Shown here: piece by piece, positions 49,765 to 61,532 of the stretch | Position numbering within the stretch: the stretch's first letter is position 1 | Layout: the number at the start of each line of letters is the position of its first letter | Origin: Catajapyx aquilonaris | Lineage: Eukaryota | Assembly: GCA_000934665.2 (NCBI GenBank) | Contig: KZ538306.1 | Span: 1 to 64,000, forward strand | Length of the DNA: 64,000 nt | Direction of reading: 5' to 3' | Notes under the pieces: model-generated | What the model was told of the DNA's origin: nothing | The model's input: the letters and a program-made list of their open reading frames with translations, nothing else | The model's database searches: none | Program-made: the position numbers and the translations under genes

Positions 49765-51245
49765 ATGTCTCCTGTGCTGGAGGTTGCTTGTCTTATTCTG
49801 CTGACGTTGGCTGTGGTCGACGGCACCAGTCAGTTCCCCGATTTCTACACCTTCACCGTCAACGACATCAAGGGAAATCCGGTGCAACTAGAGAAGTACA
49901 GAGGGAAGGTCCGTACTTGATGAGCTAGGTCACGTTACGTTACGCTGCAAGGCCACGTTAGCAGTCACGTTACGATGTAAGGTCACGTTACGCCAGTTGT
50001 TACGTTACGTTGCCAGGTCACGTTAGTAGTTACGTTACGCCAGTCGTTACGTTACGTTACGCCAGTCGTTACGTTGCCAGGTCACGTTAGTAGTTACGTT
50101 ACGTTGTAAGGTTACTTTACGCCAGTCGTTACGTTACGTTGCCAGGTCACGTTAGTAGTTACGTTACGTTGTAAGGTTACTTTACGCCAGTCGTTACGTT
50201 ACGTTGCCAGGTCACGTTAGTAGTTACGTTACGTTGCAAGGTCACATTAGTAGTTATAAATATAAAAAAGAAATCGGTGCCACAATATATTTCTGCGGAT
50301 GAGACGATATATCATAAGAAAATATTTTTTTTAAAACTAAATTTTGGGTATTTAGACTCAAAAAAAATGCAGTTTTCGGACTCTTCCCTAAGTCAACGGT
50401 ATGTAAGACGTCAGCGTGCCAAGTTTCAGGACTCTCAGTAGTCCGGAAGTGGATTAGGTAGCCATGACATATACATAAATACTGTACCAACAAACTTTCT
50501 GCTTTATATACTGTAAGTTCCAGTTATGTTGCAAGTTGCTAAAATTTTCCATGGCTGTTCAGGCAGGTGGTTCACCTGAAACGTTGCGGCTTTTTGAAAT
50601 TCCCAGTCACCTGTGGTTATTCAGTGACGTGTGAAACCACTTGCCGTGACACCTCTCACATGTCATGCTTCACGAACTGTCCCATTATTAGCATCCATTT
50701 ATATGAACATTCTCATACGTGACAGGTGACACTGGTTGTTAACGTCGCAAGTCAGTGCGGCTACACTGATGCTCATTACAAGTCGCTGAAGAGGCTGCAC
50801 GACATACTGAGCTTCAAAGGGAAGTTTTCGGTCCTGGCCTTCCCTTGCAACCAGTTTGAAGAGCAGGAACCGTGGGACAATGAAGTGATCGAGGAGTTTG
50901 CTACCGGACAGTACGGAGTCGAGTTCCCCATGTTCAGCAAGGTGGACGCTATTGGTGAAAACGCCGAACCTGCCCTGAAGAACTTAATAGGTCCGTTCGA
51001 CTTGTACATACCGCATTACTTGCAATACCTTTACCAACACAACGCTCCTTACAGATCAGTCGTCCGTGGCGCCTGACTGGAACTTCTACAAGTACTTAGT
51101 CGGCATGGACGGACGTGTCATCAAAGCATGGGGAACCAAAATAGGAATTGAAGACATTTTCGACGAGATCAAAGCTGCTGTGGACAAAGCTGAGGCGGAG
51201 GAAGAAGAGCGGCAGGAAAATTCATCGGACAAGGACGAACTGTGA
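49765..51245 (+). CDS. GPX7: Glutathione peroxidase 7-like (Cys type, ER-retained)
   Basis: Exons 49765-49908, 50726-50990, 51055-51245; signal peptide; LEKYRGKVTLVVNVASQCGYT (Cys codon TGC), VLAFPCNQF, PDWNFYKYLV; ends KDEL*. Confidence 0.92.
49928..50255. repeat. (GTTAC)-based satellite with a roughly 60-bp higher-order unit, GPx7 intron 1
   Basis: gttacgttacgttgccaggtcacgttagta recurs four or more times. Confidence 0.9.
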
Positions 51246-51983
51246 TGCCCACCATTCCCACCACCCAACTCACGGACTTCCATTACGTTAGCCAGTAGTA
51301 CGAAAAAGTGAATGTGCCTTCCTCTTTTGCATGTGGGTATTGTTGTGTACTTATTTATTTTTTTGGAGTAGGTGTTAAAATGAGTCACTGATTTACTATG
51401 GTGCTGTGTGGCACTTTTGTGAAATGCCTTCTGTACTACTGACAGGTGGATTTTTTAATTTTATATGCCCCCCCCCCCCAAAAAAAAAAAGTTTTCCCTA
51501 ACTAAGGCGCGACTGAACGGAAGACCCATTTGGTAATACTCAAAATATTCCTGATACAATGTCAAGACCCACCTTTTACAAGTTACAGAGGCAATGTTCT
51601 ATAGCAATGTCCGCACATGTAGGTTTGGTCTCGAGGATTTTTATTCAGGGAACTTGTGCAATAAAGGGTCAGGGATCTTCTGGTGCAGGGGTTCTCTTGG
51701 TGATGCAGGGTCAGTTCATACCATCCGCATTATTGGCATCACTCGTATTTACTTAATCGTGCATTTAAATATTTTTTTCTGCTGTACTTTTAGCGAGAAG
51801 TGTACTTACAGTTGGAGAAAATTTGGAATACAAGTCAAGATATCGTTTTATTTTTTAATTTTTTCTTTATTTTTCCAAACAGGGAAGATTGTGTGGTGCA
51901 CTGATCCTACAATTTGGCGAAAATAAAGTTTAAAAAAAAAAACAAACGGTAGCGAAAAACAGGCTACGAGGACTTCATCTCCA

Positions 51984-52056
51984 GGCAATTTGAGAAGCTT
52001 CCCCGGGACAGCCGTCTCGACGACTTTACCTGTCCCGAATCATATGTCAACCTGCC
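51984..52056 (-). promoter_or_regulatory. SECIS element (type II) in the SPS 3'UTR
   Basis: Minus strand: GGCAGGUUGA-cau-AUGA-UUCGGGACAGGU-AAA-GUCGU-CGAG-ACGGC-UGUCCCGG-GGAA-gcuuc-UCAAAUUGCC. This gives helix I, an AUGA/GA core, 12 nt to an unpaired AAA, and an apical mini-stem. Confidence 0.85.
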
Positions 52057-52516
52057 TCGAGATAAAAAAAACTCCCTCTTTTGAAGTGGGCTAGAAATAA
52101 TTCTGCCCTTGAAATCACCTTTCTTTTTTTTTTTGTCTAGCATTTTTTTAAACATATTTTTCTATTGAATCCCATTGTTATTTTTCTTTTCTTAAAAATT
52201 CCACAAGACTGCATTGACCTACTGTCTACAAAAATACGTGAACTTCACTCATCTCCGTCACCTTTTCTTGAATTATATTTTTGTGCCTGGATGACCAAAT
52301 TTTTTTATATCGGCAAAGGAAAAAAGAAAAGAGAGAGACAAAAACCAAATTTTAAAAAATACAACCAGGAACTATCGCGACAGGAATGTGTTTTAACTAT
52401 TTCGATGGGAACAAAAAAGATTTGCACGAGTTTGAAGATAAATTTTGTCCTGACCGTTATCATCAATTGTACAAAAAATTTAAAGAGTCATTCATGATCA
52501 GCTTTCTTTTTTTTTT

Positions 52517-54780
52517 TTACCACAGTTCCCCATCTTTCTCCTTGGCCGGAACCTCGATGACCCGAGGCTTGTCGATTATCCGGGCTGTGCGGTTGCCCTT
52601 CTCCACGATCCCGATGATCCAGGCTTGGTAGCTCTCCTGCTTCTCAATGTCCTTGCAATACGCGGCTGCCTGTTCTCTAGGCAGGCAGATCAGCAAGCCG
52701 CCTTCCGAGAAAAGATAGCCATTGTGAAACACGAATCGCAAATTGTATGGTTACAAAAAAAAAAGCTGCAACATGGCTCACCCGATGTTTCCGGCGAGTG
52801 TCCCTGCAGCAGCTGGAACATGTTTCCGCACGCCTTTGCGACGGCCGCCATCTTCGCGATCACCGGTAGATTGTGTATGACAAAGGACACTTCGTTCTTC
52901 TGGTGTTTGGCCAAGTTCTGGGCGTGCCCCAGGAGACCGAACCCAGTGACGTCTGTGGCCCCGTGGGCGTTGTATTTGTGCATGAGTCGGGCGGACGTCC
53001 TGTTGAGCCGCGCCATGGAGTCCATGGCCCTCTGGTAGGATTTCCGCACGTCCTCCTCCGACACCACCAGCTTGATCCGGTTCCACCTGTCCGGCTGGTC
53101 CAACCACTGGTGAGCGTTGACCGCTACCTGAGTCCCGAGGGGCTTCGTAAGGACCAGTACATCACCCACCACTGCATTGTCAGGACTGCCGACAAAAAAA
53201 AAAAATTAGCTAAAAACATGAGCACCAACCGAGGTGAATCTGGAAATGAAAAGACGAACGCTTACACAATGAATTCGTTGGGCTGGCATACGGTTGTGGC
53301 TACTCCTCCGATGGTGCACCAGGGATTCATAACTGTTTGGCCACCCATCACATTCGTGCCAGCTTCATACGCCGCATCCTGTGAAAAATCGCATCGGTGA
53401 CATATCCTCTAGATTTGTACTGTAACAATGCATTGCCCTAGAACCAGCACAGGAAGTCTATAGATTCCAAACTTGCACAATTAGATCAGTATACTCATCA
53501 GAATTAACTCAAGGTCAGTTCGTATAAAAATAACGACCTCGAAGAGTGCGGATATCACTGCAGCAAATGAACCTAGGCAACCTAGAGACGTCACTAATCA
53601 GCATGTGACTTGTCCCTTCAAGCCCCTCTCAGCCGAGTACAGGCCTACTTATACCTTGAATCCTCTCATCATGAGGGGAATGACTACGTCTCTCTCCTTT
53701 TCAGTCATCTTGGTTGACACGGCCAGCAGCATAAGCATGTTGTCGCACTCGGTCACTCCCATGGCATACATGTCACTTAGTACGTTGGAACAGGCGATCT
53801 TACCTACAACAAACCACCTGAATTACGCTTGCCGTTAACGATTTAAGAAATGCCAAGTAATATCTACTACGAGAAGTCCTTTTTTTAACCCTGTAATGCC
53901 CACTGGGTCATATCTGGCACACAATTTAGTGCAATTTTTATATTTCCTGTAAGTGCCAAATTGCTCTAAATGGTGTGCCAGATATGACCCAAGGGGCATT
54001 ACAGGGGTAAAATGCAAAAAAATTAATGCAACTGTCAGAAGGCCAATTACTTCCGTTCCTGAAATGGAGTGAAATTTAAGCGCTTCTCGAAAGTAGAAAC
54101 CTTTGATTTCTTAAGCTGACAGTTCAACTGAACGAGAAAAAAAAGACGATGATGATGGGTTGAAATTTTTTTTAAAAAACTTCTGATTGTTAAGTTTTAC
54201 CCATCATGTACGGGTCTTCAACAAGGGGATAGAAGAAATCGGTTGTCTGCACCAAAGACAACCCGCCGTGGCGGAGGGGTACAACACAAGCATCCATGCC
54301 AATCCCTGAAACGAGAAGAAAAAAAATATGCATCCCCCGTTAAGTCTCAAACACAGCTTTCAACATAAATTAGCAGCTCGTACAGTCGAGATTTTTATTA
54401 TTATTTTAAACACTTCATTTACCGACATTATCTGCATTCACCCGATATTCACTATAGTCAAGGGGAGAAGAAGTGGCGCCGCGGTAACGCGCACGGCCAC
54501 GGATGTTAAGGTCCCGGGTTCGATCCCAGCCCGGGGACACCCCCTTCATCTCGTACAGAGGTCGGTCACCTCTGGCTTCGTCTCGGGTGGTATTTCCTAC
54601 AAACTAAACCACCCGGGGGAGCTCACTAAAAATGGCCACACGTCAGATGCACTGCACTTGCACATCCCCTCCTGTCATCCTGCCGGTGGGCCCGGGCGAT
54701 ACGTATAAAGGCTCCAATGTACACAACAAATAAAGGTCCATGCGATAAACCCTGATAGGGTGAAAGCATTACCCAACCAA

Positions 54781-54833
<53 letters not shown>

Positions 54834-55500
54834 CTATAGTCTACGTGGCAATTTATTGCAATGAAATGTATTGCGCATCGTACGCTACATCATGTTTTTA
54901 ACGGCTCACCTAATAGCGGGTAACGTGTCAGTCCGGCTCATTCGGGCCATGCTTTGTCTATACACTTGCTGATTAGGCCCAGCTTCCCCAACCGCCATGA
55001 TTGATCCTTTTTTTTTTGTAGAGGGTGGCTCCACCTACCTCCCATACAAAATAAGAAAAAAAGATCCCTAGTTCCCATCCTGGCAAAACCATGGGGGACA
55101 GTCAAGGACAAATTCCCCCCTCCAACCGGCCATTTATATTTTTCCTCCTCTTTCGAGAGCCGCTCACGTGTTCTCTGTACACTTTGAACGTACCGATCCT
55201 GGGTATGGCCATCTGCATGAAGTGCGCGTGCTCATGATCCTGTCCGCCGGCCCCTCCTGCGTTGTTGGCCTCGTCGGCCACCAGTCCCTCCAGGAGCTTG
55301 CAAAGAACCTCCTGGGGGACCTTACACCCTCATCCTTTCAGGTCCGTGAACCTGGTCAGTCGGAAGCCGGCGTCCAGGTCATGAGCCGCGGGGTCGAAGG
55401 GGCGCCGCAGGGCCAGGGCGTTCGGGTTGGTCCCCAGCTCCAGCTGGGCGGCGGCCGCCACCGCCTCCCCCGCGCCGCCCTGCCCGTCCTGCTGCGACAT
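52517..55500 (-). CDS. SelD: Selenophosphate synthetase with in-frame UGA (predicted selenoprotein)
   Basis: Exons approximately 55500-55194, 54305-54201, 53803-53654, 53378-53266, 53185-52783, 52701-52517. [24 protein letters not shown](TGA 55332-55330)-[54 protein letters not shown]; ends EKDGELW*. Confidence 0.95.
53889..54006. mobile_element. piggyBac-like MITE in an SPS intron
   Basis: TTAA-ccctgtaatgccc...gggtcatatctggcacac ... gtgtgccagatatgaccc...gggcattacaggg-GTAA; TIR of about 45 bp; TTAA target with one mismatch on the right. Confidence 0.75.
54460..54827 (+). mobile_element. tRNA-derived SINE, copy 2, with TSD
   Basis: A-box-like agtggcgccgcggta, B box gggttcgatccc, (TTA)n tail, 14-bp TSD tattcactatagtc (54446-54459 and 54828-54841). 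Confidence 0.9.
55284..55320 (-). promoter_or_regulatory. SRE-like stop-codon redefinition hairpin 9 nt downstream of the SPS UGA
   Basis: UGA GGGUGU AAG GUCCC-CCAGGAG-guucuuugcaag-CUCCUGG-a-GGGAC: a 12-bp GC-rich stem with one bulge. Confidence 0.75.
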
Positions 55501-57383
55501 CACCACCGTCTGAACCCGGTTCAGCTCCGGCTGCTGCAGCTGCAGCACCGCCGATATCTCCTGCGGTAGGGCCGCCACGGCTGTCGCTTTTGGATTCCGA
55601 CTCTGCCCCTCCCGGTCCTCCTCCCGACTCTCTCTCTCTCTCTAGAGGTTGGCTACACTTTTTGGTCGCCCCAACGCGGCTCGACTCCCCACTGCAAAAT
55701 GGCGTGCTCCCCTTCCCTCTCAGGGTGGCGTAGCTCTCCAACCAAGCTGTGAACAAGCCGTCCACTAAAACGCATAGCTGCTGCTTGAAACAGCTGCCAC
55801 ACCATACTTCCCAGCGTGGCACTAAGCTGCTTACGATCCCAATAGCTGCTTACAGTCACCCGGATGAAGACGCTGCCCCGGTTTTAAATTTTTGCAAGCG
55901 GCGCTCTGATTGGTCCGTCCGTTCCCGCGTTTGGAGGCGAGGGAGCGGCGAGTATTTTGAGAGAGGGGAGCCACAGGGGTGGGATTGGGGCGTCGATCGG
56001 ACCGGCTTGTTGATGGGGTTCGAACCGGAGGAACTACGCCTCGGGGCGGCCCCTGGTCCGTCTTCATGGGTGCTTGAGGATCTGGTCTATCCTTCCAGAG
56101 CGTTTCCAGGCCGTTTCCGAGCTGTGGTACGGCGCCGGTAGTTCGCGCCTGTTTTGAGACAAGTGTACCGTGCCCTGAGCTTGGAATTACGATGGGTTTT
56201 CCATGCGACGACGACGAGACATGAAAAATTTTCCGCTTCCCACACCAACCGGCTATTAAATTTTGTTGTTGTTGTCTGGCCTGGTATTACCACGTGCGTT
56301 CTCATTTTTTTTTGCAATGATTTTTTTTTATTTTTAAGAAAGAAAGTTTGGCGCGAACATTTTTCGCGCGGATCGAGTTTTTTCGTTGGCTTCTTCACAC
56401 CTGTTGGGGGTTTACATGTTGCGTGCGAGATTGGCATGCATCATGGACCGACAAATATATTAAATTGGGGCATTATAATTTCTCCCTCCCTACATATATG
56501 GTCTCTGGATGAATAAATAATTCTGATGTTTTTTGTGAATATTTTTGTACGCGCATTTTTTGTGGAGTCGTAATTGTTTATTTTTTCCCCTCTCTAAACG
56601 GCTCTGAGAATGGATGAATAAAATACTGATAAAAACGAAATGAATTATATTGTACGCGTTTTTATGGACTCGACGATTGTTAATTTTTTCAGCTCTAAAC
56701 GGCCCTGAATGGATGAATAAATAATGCTGATTAAACCACGCAATGAATTTTTTTGTACACGTCCTATATTATATGCACATGCAGCTTACAGCACACTCAT
56801 GATAGAGCATGTGGAAAACGTATGGGGTTATTGTTGTGATTACAGTTAAAACTGGCAATAATAATGATGGCACTTAGCAACGCATGAATAACTGGGTTGT
56901 CTTCTCTCTAAGCTCAAGTGGAACGTCGTATAAAAATTGATTGTTATGGAGCTATAGTTATCTGCCAATATGTATATATATTTTTTAAAAAATTCAGAAG
57001 CTGTACGTGCAAGCATAAGTATTATGATAAATTAACGGCAACACACTGATTTGCTGATCTCCAAAAGGGTGAGTCCGAGTACAATCAGGTTGTGTAATAA
57101 AATACAGTACTCACATCATAACTTTTCAAAAAGTAGGCGGTGACCTCTGCCCATCCACTTTACAACCTTGATTCGTGGATCAGAGGGTTGGTACAGTGAT
57201 GTCCATAAGAAATCTCTTTGAAACCCATGCCGTGTATTGCGTAACAGAGGTCGTAATAATTAGGAAATGCCTCCTTTTTTTTGGACAAGTTATGATTTTG
57301 AGTATACTGCATTTATAAAAAGTTCAAAAACAGTTTTCCAGATAACCCTGCTGCCTCCTAATAAGACATTGTGAGCTTCAGAC

Positions 57384-60300
57384 ATGTCAAGTTCGCATGG
57401 ATTAGTGGCTCGGCAATCTTCCGACACCGCACTGTGCCCGCCGATATGCTGCTGCTGTCGTTCTGTGACGTCCCAGGACGGATTTCTCGTAAGAATAACG
57501 TCTCCGAAAATCCGAAAATCTCTGAAAAATCCCTCGAATCAGACGCATTTTTTGCCCTAATTTTCCACATAGAGCGTGGCGGGGTCGACGGAATCGTTCT
57601 TCAGCGTGCCTCCAAGCCAAACGTCTCTGGACAACGCAGCGTCTCCTCCTCCTTCTCCTCCTCGTCGCTCCTACAGGACATCCCCATCTGCAGTCAAGAC
57701 AAGGGACGGCACCGTCTACGGAAATGACTGGAGAGATGCCGGAAGGATCTCTCCGACGGATTCCGATCCGGCAGAGACACTGTAATGCGTTTGTTCCGTG
57801 AATTTTTTTTTGACACACAGTACACTTTAACACTTGGGGGGTCTGTCGAAAAAGGTTCAAGAGACTGGGATCTCCGCCTAGTTCGATTCTGCTGGTGCCT
57901 GAGACGGCAGCAGGCCAGTGGTACAGACAGAAGCCAGAACCACGGTCGCCCTGCCCATGCAGCTCCCAGGAAAGCACAGTGGTCCAACCAGATCCACCTC
58001 CTCGTCCCCAGAAGAACAGAAGGCAGAAGCCCGAACCCTGCCCGTGCAGCTCTAAAGAAAGCTTAGTGCTCCAGTCAGATCCGCCTCCTCGTCTCCAGAA
58101 GACTTCCAGCGAATCCGTCCAGAAGGCACCCTGCGATCATTCCACCTGTCCAACCTACCAGGAAGAAGAGCCGAAGAAGGAACAGTGTCGGAATGACACA
58201 TGCCCAAAGCAGCAAAGACGCCGTCGGAGAAACGACGAGACCGCACGGGACAAGATGAAGAGGAACGAGATGGTGATAGTGGACATCGAGGAGGAGGTCA
58301 AGGTCAGAGTGACTCCGGAGGAGTCGTCGGAAGGCAGCGGTCCGACATACGTGAACATCCAGGAGGTGATCAGGAAGAAGGTGAGGGTTTTCGTGAGGAA
58401 GTCGTCGAAGGCAGCGGGGGACGGGACAGCGGATCGAGAGGAGGTGGAGGACCGGAAGGTGAAGAAGATGGTGTGCAAGATAATGTCAGAGGACGAGGAC
58501 GTCATGAGACAGCTGAGGATGAAAGCGGACAATCTGTCCGGACTGGCCGAGAGGGTACGGCAGGAGAGGCTGGCCGGAACGATCCCAGGAGACCGCGTCA
58601 AGGCAGAGACGAAGGGTTACCAGGAGTACATCGCGACGCGAGAGAAGCGTCGAAGTCCGGACGAAGACAGGGACAGAAAAAAACGATATAAGGTACTGCG
58701 TCCAAGTTCTCTCCGTGTTCGCGCCGTTTTTCTCGTGCTTCCTACTCCCACCGTTTGACTTGTTTTTTTCAGGTAAGGGACCTTATTCCCACTGACGAGG
58801 ACAGGGTTAGGCCCACGAGGCCCTCACCCAGCTACAAGGAGCCGGAACCTGAGGGTCCCACGTTTCCGTGCGGGTATCGTCGTCGCGGTTCGCCACCGGA
58901 CAGGCCGCCTCCGCCGCCGGTCGTGAGGAGGAGAAAGACCCCGTGGGCTCCAGAATACTCCGACGATATCGACGACGATCTGCACGTGTCATTCAAGCTA
59001 CCGGAAGAACAAATCAAAGGTACCGACTCTCCGCTTGTGAAATTCAAGCTTCCTGATGAAGAACCGCCTCCGCCGCCGCCGGTCCAACCTTCTGACCCGA
59101 CAAAATGGGACCAGGAAGACGACGACATGTGGCCATCGGACTACGTAGCACCCAAGATGAGGCCCAGGTCTGCTTCGGGTGATAGCACGACCTCTGCGGT
59201 GTATCCTGCAGGTCTGGATCGCTAACCAACCATTACTATATAGCTCGACCTTCCAGGGCTGAACTTTCCTGCGCGACGAAGTGGCCGAAGTCGCGGCGCC
59301 TCTGGCCAATGAACGTTGTTGTGGCTTTGCCACTTGCTTTCGTTTCGCCCATTCGGACGCGTAGGAAAGATCTTCCCATTATTTTAAGACCTGTTTCACG
59401 ATTTGAGGCTGGGTCGCACGATTTGAGGCTGGGTCGCACGATTTGAGCCTGGGTCGCACGATTCGAGCCTGGGTCGCACGATTCGAGGCTGGGTCGCACG
59501 ATTTGAGCCTGGGTCGCACGATTTGAGCCTTGGTCGCACGACCAGAAGCGTCTGGTCGTGCGACCGAGGCTCAAATAGTGCGTGCGCTGTAAACAGGCGA
59601 CTCGTGACTAAATTGTCCTCTCGAACCGCAGGCCGGGGAAGACCAAGGGACGACTCTACGTCCAGCGAAACGGCCTACCACATCCCGTACTCCGGTTACT
59701 CCCGACGGTACTCGAAGCTGGACTACGACGAAGGGGCGATCCCGGGCATCCCGATCAGTCCCAAGTTCGACTCCATACGGAGCACGGGCACCGACACGTC
59801 CAAGATGAGGTCGAGGGCCGGGTCGGTGGCCAGCACGTCCTCGACGTACGAGGCGGCCGCGGTGTTCGACTTCATGAACGAGCGTTACCCGACGGAGGAA
59901 GAGTTGCACGCGGTACCCATGCCGACAGTCACGACGTTGCCGCCCGGCGGAGGGCGAAGGGATTCCAAGATAGACGAGTACCAGCGGAAGGACAGGCTGC
60001 AGAAGGCGCTCAGGTCCCACTTCAAGGAGTACAACGTGGAGCAGAAGAAGCCGACCATAACCTCGGTCATGAAGGACGAGAGGATCAAGACCATCCTGAA
60101 GGAGGGACCGGAATGCCCCTGCGACGGCGCCCCGAAGGACACGAGAGCCGATGTGTACACGCCCGAGCAGGTGGCGCGCCTTCTGAACGCGATCACGAAC
60201 GGGAGGAACATGATGGTGGACACCACGTCGAAGTCGGAGAGTCCAAAAAACGACAACGGACGTCGAGTTCCAGGCGGTACGGACACTTATATTGACCCCG

Positions 60301-61532
60301 AGTCTCCGAAGCAGAACACGCCTTCCAAAGAAAAGGCGAAGGTCGAACCAGCAAACGTTCCCCAGCCGATGCTTCTGACCGTGGTGGAAGAAGGACCGAT
60401 AACAAGCAAGGAACGTGTCAGAGTCGAAAAACACGCCAAAGTGGTCAGCCCTCGGGTCAGTCCTCAGATCAGCCAGATCAAGACCTACATGCCTAATAAG
60501 ACAGAGCCTAAGAAGAATGACAGCAAGTCGGCAAGCCCAAGAAGCTCCATCCTCAATCAAATAGCGACGTCATGGAACAGTTTGGACAAGTTCCTGGGCG
60601 CCGGAAAGACAAAGCTGAAGGACAGCTTGAAGAGACTGGGATCCAGCGAGGCCCTCAAAGCAGCAGGACAGGAGAGGAAGGGGAGCATCAAGACGGACCA
60701 GATGACGAAGAAGTCCAGCAGCAGTGGCAGCGACTCTTCCGTGGACAGGTCGAAAACCAAGGTTCCCAGGAGCCCGATCGGAAAGGAAATCAAGCCGAAA
60801 CTGAAGGAGCGGTTTATGACGGGCTCCAGCGACTCCCTGGTAGGAAAGGAGAAGAAGAAGAAGACAAGCCCACGAGAAGACGAGAAGAAGAGGAAGGGGT
60901 CCATCACTGCAGACTCTTCCAGCGAAAGGAAGGATCCATCAAAGAGGAAGGGCATTGACATCAAGACAAGACTGCAGAAACGGGGTTCCAGCGACTCCCT
61001 GATTGGGAAGAAGACGAAAAGGAAAGGATCCAGCAGCGGCGAGTCTTCAAGCGAGAAGATTCCAAGTAGCCCTAGCAGACAAGCCAAGAAGAAGACAAGC
61101 AAGAAGGCGCTCGTCAAGAAGGATAGCTCCGTGATACTCGCGCCGAAAAAGGCGACGTTCAGCACCTTCGGTAGGAATCCGTCCCTCAGTCCCAGGTTTT
61201 CGGACGAAAGCCGAAGACAATCCATCAAGAAGGAAGATCGTCCGAAGCAGTTGAGCAAACCCAAGAAGGAAGAGAAGATGAGGGAACCCAAGAAAGGCGA
61301 CGATAGGAAGAACCATGTCAAATACGTGGTTCAGGTTGAAGACTTGCCGTCCAGAGAAGAAGTGGCGAACGGCGTCGCAGAACCGCCGGTACAGAAGGTC
61401 ATAGTGCCCAATCGACGCGGGTTGATGGATCAACCCAAAGCGATGCCTGCTGCAGACGGCAAGAAAAAGATTCAAGGAAAGATTCGACACATGAGCATAA
61501 CAGTGTCTCCCAAAGACAAGGTCAAGAAGTAA
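57384..61532 (+). CDS. Uncharacterised low-complexity protein (5 exons, about 1154 aa; Pro-rich N-half, Lys/Ser-rich C-half)
   Basis: Exons 57384-57488, 57573-57781, 57882-58692, 58773-59211, 59632-61532 join in one frame (3465 nt) with GT-AG introns; no domain recognised. Confidence 0.75.
59390..59599. repeat. 20-bp tandem repeat (gcacgatttgagcctgggtc, about 7 copies) plus one inverted unit, intronic
   Basis: Directly visible; closes with a hairpin and outer cctgttt/aaacagg words, MITE-like. Confidence 0.85.

Noticed and set aside
51246..51460. Fossil SECIS in the GPx7 3'UTR
   Set aside because: Only a weak GUGA...GGAU pairing without an apical AA; the active-site codon is TGC.
54470..54540. 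tRNA gene (also near 44140-44200)
   Set aside because: A/B boxes are present, but they continue into a shared body, a simple-repeat tail and a TSD, so this is a SINE head.
55330..55332. SPS as a pseudogene because of the premature stop
   Set aside because: The stop is UGA exactly at the Sec position, all downstream exons are intact, and a SECIS is present.
59396..59540. Regular 20-bp repeats (also 6.6k, 31.4k, 49.9k) as a CRISPR array
   Set aside because: No unique spacers, no cas genes, eukaryotic intronic context.
59571..61490. Long antisense ORFs over the orphan gene (similar ones over PLCG, ACTL6, IGHMBP2 and SPS)
   Set aside because: Shadow frames of GC-rich coding sequence.
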